From Pyrinomonadaceae bacterium (lineage in GTDB: Bacteria; Acidobacteriota; Blastocatellia; Pyrinomonadales; Pyrinomonadaceae): 64,000 bases of DNA. The position numbers and the translations under genes were made by a program. The DNA lies in assembly GCA_046313635.1 (NCBI GenBank), contig JBKBYA010000001.1, forward strand, positions 863,481 through 927,480, read 5' to 3'. The notes under the pieces were generated by a model that was not told the DNA's origin, ran no database searches, and saw only the letters and a list, made by a program, of their open reading frames with translations. Numbering within the stretch: the first letter of the stretch is position 1; every line of letters starts with the position of its first letter. Shown here one piece after another: positions 37,601 to 45,590 of the stretch.

Positions 37601-40548
37601 TCGGCGACAGCGAGCGAGACATCAACCGCGCGCTCGATCTCGAGATCAACCAGCGCAGGCAGCCTTTCCCGCGCAACGAGGCCGAATTCGCCGAGACGCT
37701 CCGACGCGGCGGCATCGATCTCGCGTCGATCCGCGACGGATATGGCCAGCCGGTCTATGTCACCGCCGTTCGACAGACGCGTTACGCCGACAAGACGACG
37801 GTCGAGAACGGCAAGACGAAGATCACGCCCGTGACCGAGGAGCTAATGGTCTTCAAGGTCAACACGGCCGGCGAGGACCGCGCGAGTGACACCGACGACG
37901 CCGTCCTCGCGACATTCTCGAGTGTCATCACCGAGGCCCACAAAGGGACGGGCTTCGCAATGACCGACGTCAGCACGACCGTGTTTTCTGGAGCAAAAGG
38001 CGCGATCAAGGGAACAGTCGTCGATCCGACCGGAGCTGTCGTCGCCGGCGCGGCGGTAACGGCGACGGATATAAACGACGAGGCCAAAACTTCCACGGTA
38101 GCGACGGACGAGAATGGAGAATTCCTGCTCAACAATCTGCCGTCGGGAACATATCGGGTGAAGGTGGAATACTCGGGATTCAGGTCTGCGGTCACGACAG
38201 TACAGGTCCGTTCGCAGACCCTCGTGCAGGTCAATTTAACTCTCGAAGTCGCCGGCACCACCGAGGTCGTCACGGTTGCGGGCTCGCGCGAAGAGTCTGT
38301 AGTCAATGTCACCAACAGCAAGATCGAAACGACCGTCACCAAGACAAAGGCCGGCGCGATCCGATTCCCCTACGCCGAGCAGACATCTACGCCGCGGCTG
38401 CGCGAGTACTTTCCCGAGACGCTCGTTTGGCGGCCGGAGGTCGTGACCGACAAACGCGGCCGTGCCGAGGTCGCGTTCAAGATGGCCGACAACATCACGA
38501 CGTGGAAGATGTTTGCCATCGCATCGACCAAAAAGGGAAAGATCGGCGTTATCGAAAAAGAGATCACCGCCTTTCAACCTTTCTTCGTCGATCTCGACCC
38601 GCCGAAGTTCCTGACCGCGGGCGACGAGATCTGGCTGCCGACGCAGGTCCGCAACTACACCGAGCGGCCGCAGCGTGTCGACGTGACGCTGGACAAGGCC
38701 GCGTGGTTCACGCTGCTCGGCGGCGAGCGAAAGCAGGTCGATGTCGCGAGCGGCTCGAGCGAGAATGCGGTATTCGGCTTCCGCGCTCATTCGCCGGTCA
38801 AGGACGGCAAGCAGCGCGTCACGGCGATCGCACGTTCGGACTCGGACGCGATCGAAAGGGCGGTGACCGTCCGCCCCGACGGCGAAGAGATCGTCCGGAC
38901 CGATTCGCGCGTGTTTGAACGCTCGACGAAGTTCGAGATCGACTTTCCCGCAAACGCTCTTGCGGGTACGCAGCGGGCCGAGATCAAGATCTATCCGAAT
39001 CTCTTTTCGCACGTCGCCGACTCGGTCGAGGGCCTGCTGCAGCGGCCGTACGGCTGCGGCGAGCAGACTATCTCGTCAACGTATCCCAATCTGATGATCC
39101 TCAAATTTGCAGCCAAAGACTCGGCGCTGCGCGGCAAGGCCGAGCGGTATCTGCGGAAAGGCTATGAGCGGCTCGCGGGCTACCAGACGTCGTCGGGCGG
39201 TTTTAGTTATTGGGGGCCGAAAGACTCGCCCGACATCGCGTTGACGGCGTACGCGATCCGATTCCTGAACGACGCGCGGCCGTTCGTCGATGTCGACGAA
39301 GGGATGATTGAACGCGCGCAAAGCTGGCTCGTCTCTCAGCAGCGGGCGGACGGCAGCTGGAACAAGCGATACAACTGGGAGACGGCCGACGACCCGAACC
39401 GAACGAAGCTGATCACCTCGTACGTCGCCCGAGCTCTCGCGATGCCGAGGCCCGACCGCGGCGACGCAAAATCAAATTCGCAGACGGCCGATTCTCTTCG
39501 CCGCGCACTTGGCTATCTCAAGAATCGCAACGCCGAGATCGACGAGCCGTACGCTCTCGCGCTCTTCGGCCTCGCATCGCTCGACGCGGGCGATAAGACG
39601 ACTGCGACCGAAGTTGCCGAACGGCTCGCCAAAATGGCTCACGCCGAGGGGCCGACTTCGTATTGGAAGCTCGAGACCAACACACCGTTTTACGGCTGGG
39701 GCACGGCCGGCCGCATCGAGACGACCGCGCTCGTGCTGCAGCTGCTGACAAAGACGGCGGCCGCCGGCGAGTCGCGCGGATCGGCCGATCTGCGTTCGCG
39801 TGCGCTGCTATTTTTGCTGAAGAACAAAGACCGCTACGGCGTCTGGTATTCGACGCAGACGACGATCAACGTGCTTGACGCGTTTCTCGCGACCCTCGCC
39901 GCGGGAGCGGTTCACGCGGGCGAGCAGACGGTCCGCGTCTCGGCTAACGGCGCCGAGGTCGCAAGCGTCGCGGTCGAACCCGACCGCATCGATCCGATCA
40001 TTGTTGATCTCCACGGGCGACTCGACCCGGCAAAGAACACGATCGAGATCGACACCGGAGCCTCGGGAGCGTCGGTAATGGCCCAGGCGGTCGCGACGCA
40101 TTACATCGACTGGCGCGATTCGGCGAGCTCGACGCTGAACGCCGGCGAGTCGCGCGCCGTCCGGCTCGACTACAAATGCGACAAGCCGTCGCCGGCGATC
40201 ATGGAAGAAGTGACCTGCTCGGTCGAGGCGGAGCGGATCGGATTCCGCGGTTACGGGATGCTGCTCGCCGAGATCGGCACGCCGCCGGGAGTCGACGTCA
40301 GCCGCGAGTCGCTCGAACGCGCGCTCGAGAGCGACTGGAGCCTCAGCCGCTACGAGATTTTGCCCGACCGCATCGTGCTCTATATGTGGGCAAAGGCCGG
40401 CGGGACAAAGTTCGATTTCAAGTTCAAGCCGCGCTACGGCATTAACGCCCAGACGCCCGCGTCGAGCGTTTACGACTACTACAATCCCGAAGCCCGCGCC
40501 GTCGCCAGACCGCTGCGCTTCGCAACCCGTGCAGAAACGCGACCGTAA
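34696..40548 (+). CDS. alpha-2-macroglobulin family protein (~1950 aa)
   Basis: MG-domain motifs DKPLYQPGQ and TDKTIYSPGE, LREYFPET, ADNITTW, thioester PYGCGEQ (39046-39066), C-terminal YDYYNPE; signal peptide from ATG 34696. Confidence 0.95.
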   Translation: MRIKLSLLSALTAVCAFTAAGQTVNESGSSVVINKLTADVSLAIESRAAVPAPVELSLLDVDGKVRAERSQTVRLSAGSRSYKFLIPIGSVMRDAGSEIGWWRLRYRVGGSTGIVSLSELLRGDFELRAAAFQRVAPGEPIRVRVRALDPYKDKGVRGVAITGVLIVGLDTEEDEDELKLIAKGRTDGDGFAILDFRVPANIKWDGDEIDIKITGQKNGVVREIDDDIDTDDRQSSVLLTADKPLYQPGQTFNVRGLFLDPNNTVVAGAELEFKIEDEDDTVVFRQTVKTSEYGIAAISWPIPESAKLGSYRVIVEADDDLREDQLVFKISRYDLPNFSVVAKPDQTYYLPTETQAAITVNADYLFGKPVTRGKVRVVEESDRKWNWREQRYDVTEGAVVEGQTDASGKFVAKIDLKKDIAELREHEWKRFEDLTFSAYFTDLTTNRTEQRRFDIRLTKEPIHIYLMRYAEQHEDLPLTAYVSTFYADGTPASCTVEVADAGGTVERFKTNSLGAGKFEVRIPPERIKSSEYEIRITARDREGRQGRIEESYYLSSNDAVRITTDKTIYSPGEPVEVDLMSSRKSGFVYVDVVSEGAPIESHTVELRGGRAHLTLPYRPAFAGELTIAAYTDEEDGRWYDEMRAARGIIFPQQRNLVLDAKFTKETYKPGEDAVVRFAVRDAQRRPFESAIGLGIFDKAIEERARTDAEFGGYFDRFYRLMGYERSFGNLSVKDLNDLDMSRPPSPEMQLAAEIMLAGGRYYPEVFHSGNIDARAKDLYSGSIAKQLAPIAAALDAQYAADFSHPTDRPSLERILAARGVDLAQMLDPWGNAYSAAFTVDRTHDVVTLRSSGPDKQPGTADDFDVLSKRYAYFTKTGEAIDRASGDYHTRTGRYIRDLATLSAELAKQGVDPASLTKDRWGRDHRITFEVAGRNYLTRIYSLGPNGVYDGPQTWRGDDVEVWKSYIDHFGDSERDINRALDLEINQRRQPFPRNEAEFAETLRRGGIDLASIRDGYGQPVYVTAVRQTRYADKTTVENGKTKITPVTEELMVFKVNTAGEDRASDTDDAVLATFSSVITEAHKGTGFAMTDVSTTVFSGAKGAIKGTVVDPTGAVVAGAAVTATDINDEAKTSTVATDENGEFLLNNLPSGTYRVKVEYSGFRSAVTTVQVRSQTLVQVNLTLEVAGTTEVVTVAGSREESVVNVTNSKIETTVTKTKAGAIRFPYAEQTSTPRLREYFPETLVWRPEVVTDKRGRAEVAFKMADNITTWKMFAIASTKKGKIGVIEKEITAFQPFFVDLDPPKFLTAGDEIWLPTQVRNYTERPQRVDVTLDKAAWFTLLGGERKQVDVASGSSENAVFGFRAHSPVKDGKQRVTAIARSDSDAIERAVTVRPDGEEIVRTDSRVFERSTKFEIDFPANALAGTQRAEIKIYPNLFSHVADSVEGLLQRPYGCGEQTISSTYPNLMILKFAAKDSALRGKAERYLRKGYERLAGYQTSSGGFSYWGPKDSPDIALTAYAIRFLNDARPFVDVDEGMIERAQSWLVSQQRADGSWNKRYNWETADDPNRTKLITSYVARALAMPRPDRGDAKSNSQTADSLRRALGYLKNRNAEIDEPYALALFGLASLDAGDKTTATEVAERLAKMAHAEGPTSYWKLETNTPFYGWGTAGRIETTALVLQLLTKTAAAGESRGSADLRSRALLFLLKNKDRYGVWYSTQTTINVLDAFLATLAAGAVHAGEQTVRVSANGAEVASVAVEPDRIDPIIVDLHGRLDPAKNTIEIDTGASGASVMAQAVATHYIDWRDSASSTLNAGESRAVRLDYKCDKPSPAIMEEVTCSVEAERIGFRGYGMLLAEIGTPPGVDVSRESLERALESDWSLSRYEILPDRIVLYMWAKAGGTKFDFKFKPRYGINAQTPASSVYDYYNPEARAVARPLRFATRAETRP

Positions 40549-40562
40549 GGGAGCGTGCGATC

Positions 40563-40630
40563 CGATTGCGGACTGCGGATCTCGGATTTGCCGAGAAAAT
40601 CCACAATCCGAAATCCGAAATCCGCAATCG
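40563..40630. repeat. inverted heptamer arrays (GATTKCG / AATCCGM)
   Basis: CGATTGCGGACTGCGGATCTCGGATT ... AATCCACAATCCGAAATCCGAAATCCGCAATCG. Confidence 0.75.
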
Positions 40631-41008
40631 AAGTATCGCATCAGTACAGACCGCGGCGATGTCTCGACCGTCTGTTTGAATTCAGAATGCTTAACCAACC
40701 GCGCGGCGCTTAACCAAAATGCGGCCCGACACACGCGGCCCGAGCGCCAAAGAATCAACCTTCAGCCGCCTCCGTGCTCTGTGCACTCTGTGGTAAACAG
40801 CCCTTCGAGGCGGTTCCAAACGCCGAGACGCCGAGACAGGGAGAATCGAAAGGCGCCGACCATCGACCGACGAACTTGTCCTCCACCGCTCTTCGACGCT
40901 CCCGAGAATTCCAAAATCTTTCAACCCTTTAGCCCTGCGCACCTGACGGAGCGCTCGACGGTTGAAGCGCCTCTTTAGCGCCTGCGCGCTTTTTGGCCGT
41001 GTCGTCGC

Positions 41009-41024
41009 GGGCACACACGTTGCA
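41009..41024 (+). promoter_or_regulatory. sigma-54-type promoter motif, implying a near-leaderless mRNA
   Basis: GGGCACACACGTTGCA with exact GG-N10-GC spacing; ATG 41037 lies 13 nt after the GC and has no Shine-Dalgarno. Confidence 0.5.
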
Positions 41025-41036
41025 CCTGCGGCGGGC

Positions 41037-41648
41037 ATGGCACGACCGCTCATTCTATCGCTCGACGGACAGGAGTTTCCGGTCTACATCGAAAAGATCG
41101 ACCGCGACCGACTGTACGGCAGCGTCGAGGTCGAGGCCTTTGACGAAAAGGGAAATCCCGCGGCGATCAAGGTGCTTGCACCCGACGGCCGCACGCTTAT
41201 CGACAAGGGCGGCACCGCGTTGACCGTCGTCGACGAAGACGGCGACTCGCTGGGCCGCAGCGAACTCAAAGCCGTCGACGACAACGGCGAACCGATCGAG
41301 CCGGTGCCGTCGTCATTTGGCCGTACAAACGTTCTTCAGCGCGCGGAGGTCGACGACTACCTCGCGCAGATCGTGAAATCGGTTTACGCAGTGCGGCCCG
41401 CCGACGACGTGCCGCTCGAGTATCTGCACGATCATCTCGCCGCGGGCGAGATGTACACCTTTCCGTTCAGCTACCGCGGCGGTCTCGAGTACGACAGCGG
41501 CTTTGTCGTCGGCAGCGGTGAAGATGCGTTCCTGGTGGTCGGAAAGCCTGCGGCGCTGCAGTTCGTCAAGCTGAACCAGGCGGCCGTGCTCGACTCGATC
41601 GAGGAGGCAGAGATCTCCGCCGACGAGATCGACTTTGAATCTTTATGA
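41037..41648 (+). CDS. hypothetical protein, remote Ku-like (acidic subunit, 'Ku-A')
   Basis: 203 aa from MARPL. By eye the order of elements follows the Ku core: EFPVYI ~ NIPVKL; IVKSVYAVRP ~ YFDKPYYLAP; helix; FSYRGG ~ FVLRGR; terminal strands. Confidence 0.55.
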   Translation: MARPLILSLDGQEFPVYIEKIDRDRLYGSVEVEAFDEKGNPAAIKVLAPDGRTLIDKGGTALTVVDEDGDSLGRSELKAVDDNGEPIEPVPSSFGRTNVLQRAEVDDYLAQIVKSVYAVRPADDVPLEYLHDHLAAGEMYTFPFSYRGGLEYDSGFVVGSGEDAFLVVGKPAALQFVKLNQAAVLDSIEEAEISADEIDFESL

Positions 41649-41848
41649 GAACCGATGGATCGACAGCCGAATTGAGATGCGAGGCGGCGAGCGAGATCGC
41701 CCGGATGCGCCCGTCAGGACCGGCCAAGGCCAAGCCGTCCAACTGGCGCAGCGAATGGCAGCGCGTCATTGAAGAAAAACGTTCCGCAAATCCGGCGCTG
41801 CAGGACGTCGAGGACATTAAGACGCTGCTTCGCGACCTCTTTGGTTGA
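41645..41848 (+). CDS. small hypothetical protein (67 aa)
   Basis: ATGA overlap with the upstream stop (translational coupling); amphipathic C-terminal helix DVEDIKTLLRDLFG. Confidence 0.6.
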   Translation: MRTDGSTAELRCEAASEIARMRPSGPAKAKPSNWRSEWQRVIEEKRSANPALQDVEDIKTLLRDLFG

Positions 41849-41925
41849 TCGTTGAATATGCGCCGCCGACGGCGGCATGGGTTTGTATTTGTCTGACGCC
41901 GTAAAAAGGCGTCGTTTTTGTCACT

Positions 41926-42645
41926 ATGCCGATCAATATCAGCAACGCACGAAACCGCGACGCGGTCGTCGCACTTGAGGGCCTGATGCCGCGCCGCGAG
42001 GTCCGATACACCGACGGCAAGGGCCGTCCGGTCGCGACGCGCAAGCTGCTCAAGTCTGACGTCACGCACGATCTCGATCAGCTGATGAAGCGCCGACGTT
42101 CGCTCGATTCCGTCGCAAAGGCCCTGATCAAGGACGATCCTGAGATCGACATCGAGCAGTTTGGGATGTTCCTCGCCGACACGTCGCGGGTCTATGTTTC
42201 CAAACGCGGCATCGTTCACGTCGTCGTCGAATTCGAGGTTCTGAAGAATCCCGACGGCACAGTTCGTGATCGCCGGCCGCGGCACAAGGAGCCGCAGAAT
42301 ATCAATACCGACATTCCGCTCAGGTGGACCGGCAAGTTCATCAAAAAGGACGAGGCCGTGAGGCGGTTTGTTTTTACCAACAAAAAGCAGCTCGTTCACG
42401 TCAACGGATTGACGTACGACTTCCTCTATCAGATGGCCAAAGAGCTCGACAAGCGCGACGCACTGATGCTCGTGCGCGCCGGCGAAAAGGGCGATCGGCC
42501 GATCGTGATGAATCGCGGCGGCAAGTCGTACAACGCCTTTCTCGAGGGCCGCGTCAAGGGCGACTCGTACTGTCTGATCCTGCATCTCTCGAATATGGAG
42601 CTGCGCAAACCGAAGGAGGGGGCCGACGGCGATGGCGACGCTTGA
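41926..42645 (+). CDS. hypothetical protein, remote Ku-like (basic subunit, 'Ku-B')
   Basis: 239 aa. KFIKKDE...TYDFLYQMAKELDKRDALMLV...IVMNRGGKSYNAFLEGRVKGDSYCLILHL parallels the Ku core EFVPADEI...AYALLREALEE.GRVAIARFVLRGREHLAALRPRGDGLVLHTL. Confidence 0.6.
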   Translation: MPINISNARNRDAVVALEGLMPRREVRYTDGKGRPVATRKLLKSDVTHDLDQLMKRRRSLDSVAKALIKDDPEIDIEQFGMFLADTSRVYVSKRGIVHVVVEFEVLKNPDGTVRDRRPRHKEPQNINTDIPLRWTGKFIKKDEAVRRFVFTNKKQLVHVNGLTYDFLYQMAKELDKRDALMLVRAGEKGDRPIVMNRGGKSYNAFLEGRVKGDSYCLILHLSNMELRKPKEGADGDGDA

Positions 42646-44098
42646 TCTCTCGATCGACAGCTCGCGGCTGAGCTGCAAAAAGGGCGACTACTGCGTCGGC
42701 AAGGCGGCCGACCTCGGTGACCCTTCGCTGCAGCAGCGCGCGCAGGAATATCGCCGGCGGCTGAGCGCGTCGATGCGGCCGATCTCGCCGCAGGAAGTTT
42801 TTGAGCTGCCGAAGTCGAAAGGCTACTTTGCGACACGCAAATACGACGGTGAATTCGCGCTTGTCTTCTTTGACGGCAAAAAGGTCATATCGGTAAATCC
42901 GGGCGGCACCGTCCGTACGGGTTTGCCGTGTTTTGGCGAGGCCGAGAAACTTCTCAAGCGGGCAAAGGTCAAGTCCTGCATTCTCGCGGCGGAGCTCTAT
43001 CCGTTAAAAACGCCCGAGAACCGCAACCCGGTCAGAGAGGTCATCTCGCTTTTGCGCAATCCGCCCTCGGAGGCCGCGCTCAAAAAGATCGGCCTCGCCT
43101 TTTTTGATATCGTCGCCGCGAATGATGAGACGGTCGACACGGCCGCCGACGTCTTTGCCACGCTCAAGAAATGGTTTGGCAAGGGCAAGCTCGTTCACCC
43201 GGCGGAGCACGAAAAGACCGACAAGCTCGAGCGGATAATGGAGCTCTTTACCGACTGGGTGATCGGCGAGGCGGCCGAGGGCATCGTCATTCGCCACGAC
43301 CGCGTCGGGCGCTTCAAGCTCAAGCTGCGGCACAATCTCGACGTCGCGATCATCGGCTTCTCTGAGGGAACAGAGAATCGCCGCGGCATGCTCCACGATC
43401 TGCTGGTCGCGGTGATGCGAAATGACGGTACGTTTCACGAGCTCGCGCGCGTCGGCGGCGGATTTAGCGAAGAAGATCGCCGGACGATCTTTGAAGAGAT
43501 GCGCCGCCGCGTCGTGCCGTCGGAGTACGTCGCCGTCAACAACGACTACGTCGCGTACGAGATGATCGAGCCCGGGCCGGTGATCGAGATCTCGCTGCTC
43601 GACCTGATACCCGAGAATTCAAAGGGCGACCCGGTCAAGCGGATGGTGCTCGACTTTGACGGCAAGTCATACAAGGCTCTGTCTCGGATGCCGCTCGCGA
43701 GCGTGATCTCGCCGCAGTTCGTGCGGGTACGCGACGACAAGGAGGCGAATGTCGAGGACGTCAACATTCGCCAGATCGGCGCTCTCGTGCCGATCGCCGA
43801 GGCCGACAAACCCGCCCGCGCCGCCGAGACCGAAAAGAGCAAGCTGCTCGAGCGCCGCGTTTATACCAAGACGATGCGCGGCGGCCGGATGGTGCGCAAG
43901 CTTCTGCTGTGGAAGACAAACAAGGAGACGACCGGCGACTTTCCGGGCTACGTCGTTTACCTGACCGATTTCAGCCCAAACCGCCAGACGCCGCTCGAGC
44001 GCGACATCAAGATCTCTAACAGCGAGCGTGCGGCCCGGCGTCTGTTTGACGAGCTGGCCGAAAAGAACTTTTTATCGGGCTGGGAAAAGGTGGCGTGA
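42632..44098 (+). CDS. ATP-dependent DNA ligase with C-terminal WGR-like domain
   Basis: Motif I KYDG (42839-42850), III AAELY, IIIa FFDIV, IV EGIVIR, V FKLK; OB-fold LDVAIIGF and VGGGFS; motif VI PQFVRVRDDK; extra ~85-aa tail. Confidence 0.9.
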   Translation: MATLDLSIDSSRLSCKKGDYCVGKAADLGDPSLQQRAQEYRRRLSASMRPISPQEVFELPKSKGYFATRKYDGEFALVFFDGKKVISVNPGGTVRTGLPCFGEAEKLLKRAKVKSCILAAELYPLKTPENRNPVREVISLLRNPPSEAALKKIGLAFFDIVAANDETVDTAADVFATLKKWFGKGKLVHPAEHEKTDKLERIMELFTDWVIGEAAEGIVIRHDRVGRFKLKLRHNLDVAIIGFSEGTENRRGMLHDLLVAVMRNDGTFHELARVGGGFSEEDRRTIFEEMRRRVVPSEYVAVNNDYVAYEMIEPGPVIEISLLDLIPENSKGDPVKRMVLDFDGKSYKALSRMPLASVISPQFVRVRDDKEANVEDVNIRQIGALVPIAEADKPARAAETEKSKLLERRVYTKTMRGGRMVRKLLLWKTNKETTGDFPGYVVYLTDFSPNRQTPLERDIKISNSERAARRLFDELAEKNFLSGWEKVA

Positions 44099-44102
44099 GA
44101 CG

Positions 44103-45461
44103 ATGGCCGTGCCCTTTACAGAATTTGCCGGCGACCGCCGCCTGTTGTGGATCGCCGAAGAGTGGCAGCGTTATTCCGAGCAGCTCGCCGAGTGGGCGAT
44201 GCAGCGGCTCGTCAATCGCCGCGACGTCTGGAGCCAATATACGGTCAAAAATGGCCAGGTCGGCGTCGTGATGCTGCCGATCAAAGAGCGGCGTCACGCC
44301 GGCACCGATATGGTGACGATCAACAAGCTGCGCCGGCACTTTGCGGGTCGCGCCGTTTCGCACCTGATCGGGCTGCACTCGATCAGCGATCACCGGACGT
44401 GCAAGTGGTTTGCGATCGATATCGACCTTCACGACGAGGACGTGCCCAATGCAGACGAGATCGCGCTCGCCAATCGCTCGGCCGCGCTCGCCTGGTCTCG
44501 AAAGCTGCGCGAGCAATACGCGATGGACCCGCTACTCTTTGACAGCAACGGCGTCGGCGGGTATCACATCTGGACGCTGCTCGACGACGAGTATCCGCTG
44601 GCGGATGTGTTCGATTTTGTCGACGAGATGCGTTCGGACTGGGAGCTGTACGGACTGCCGCGAAAGCCCGAGATTTTTCCGCCCAAACGCGAGGTCGACG
44701 ACGACGATCTGCCGTACGGCCTGCGTGTGCCGGGCCGGCATCATTACCGGTCGCACTATTCGCGCGTTTACAATTTTGACCGCCTCGACGACGCTCCGGA
44801 GTGGCTCGAGGGCGGCGACGCGATCGAGGCGATGCTCGCCGCGAGGCCGGCGGCGCTGCCGAAGCTGAATAAGTCAAAGCGCAAGGCCGCGGTCTCAGCC
44901 CGCGTCGCAAAGAAGCCGTGTGCAAAGGCCGGCGCTACGCCCGCGCCGCGAGCAAAGCGGCCGCGCGTCTGTCTCGATCTCGACGGCGTGCTGGCCGGTT
45001 ACGATCGATGGCGAGGTCCCGAGCATATCGGAGCTCCGCTGCCGGGAGCCGTCGAATTTGCGCACTCGCTCGCCGAATTTGCCGACATCGTGATCTTCAC
45101 CTCGCGATGCTCGGCCGACGCCGGGTCTGACCGCGACCCCGGCAAGATGCGCATTCTGATCGTCGATTGGCTCGAGCGGCACGGCATCCCTTACGCGGAC
45201 GTTTACGTCGGCCAGGGCAAGCCGCACGCGGCGGCATTCATCGACGACCGCGCGGTCGCATGCACGCCGCAGCTCGACGACGAGGCGTTTGATAAAGCTC
45301 TGGTGCGCGCGCGAGAGGTCGTCTTTGGCACACACCGCGCGAGCGCCGCGGTCAGCAAGCGTCCGGCGTCGGCCGGCGTGCCAAGGCTCGCACCTTCAGA
45401 CGGCCGCTCTCGCCGGCCCGCAAGCGATCGGGCCTTGACCAAGTCACGGCCGCCCCGCTGA
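44103..45461 (+). CDS. archaeo-eukaryotic primase/polymerase (AEP) fused to HAD phosphatase
   Basis: AEP: WFAIDIDLHD, DSNGVGGYHIW, EIFP...LRVPG. Basic linker. HAD: VCLDLDGVL (44976), IFTSR, GKP, FIDDR. Confidence 0.82.
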   Translation: MAVPFTEFAGDRRLLWIAEEWQRYSEQLAEWAMQRLVNRRDVWSQYTVKNGQVGVVMLPIKERRHAGTDMVTINKLRRHFAGRAVSHLIGLHSISDHRTCKWFAIDIDLHDEDVPNADEIALANRSAALAWSRKLREQYAMDPLLFDSNGVGGYHIWTLLDDEYPLADVFDFVDEMRSDWELYGLPRKPEIFPPKREVDDDDLPYGLRVPGRHHYRSHYSRVYNFDRLDDAPEWLEGGDAIEAMLAARPAALPKLNKSKRKAAVSARVAKKPCAKAGATPAPRAKRPRVCLDLDGVLAGYDRWRGPEHIGAPLPGAVEFAHSLAEFADIVIFTSRCSADAGSDRDPGKMRILIVDWLERHGIPYADVYVGQGKPHAAAFIDDRAVACTPQLDDEAFDKALVRAREVVFGTHRASAAVSKRPASAGVPRLAPSDGRSRRPASDRALTKSRPPR

Positions 45462-45590
45462 CGGCCGTGCCAAACCCGACCGGACAAATCGACCAAACCC
45501 GCGACGCCGATCGCAGAAGCAAAAGAGGCCGCCTTTGTCAGACAGCCTCCGGTCGGTCGTGAGTCGCTGCCAAACGCGGCGCCGCTCGGT

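Noticed and set aside
40688..40840. Short direct repeats (GCTTAACCAA x2, CTCTGTG x2, ACGCCGAG x2) upstream of the repair operon
   Set aside because: Only two copies each; cannot be distinguished from chance or generic intergenic repeats, though they could be activator sites.
42632..45461. Canonical LigD/LigC + Ku, or a prophage/plasmid replication module
   Set aside because: There is no LigD PE domain or LigD-type POL motif set, and no integrase, helicase, phage structural genes or att-like boundaries are visible.
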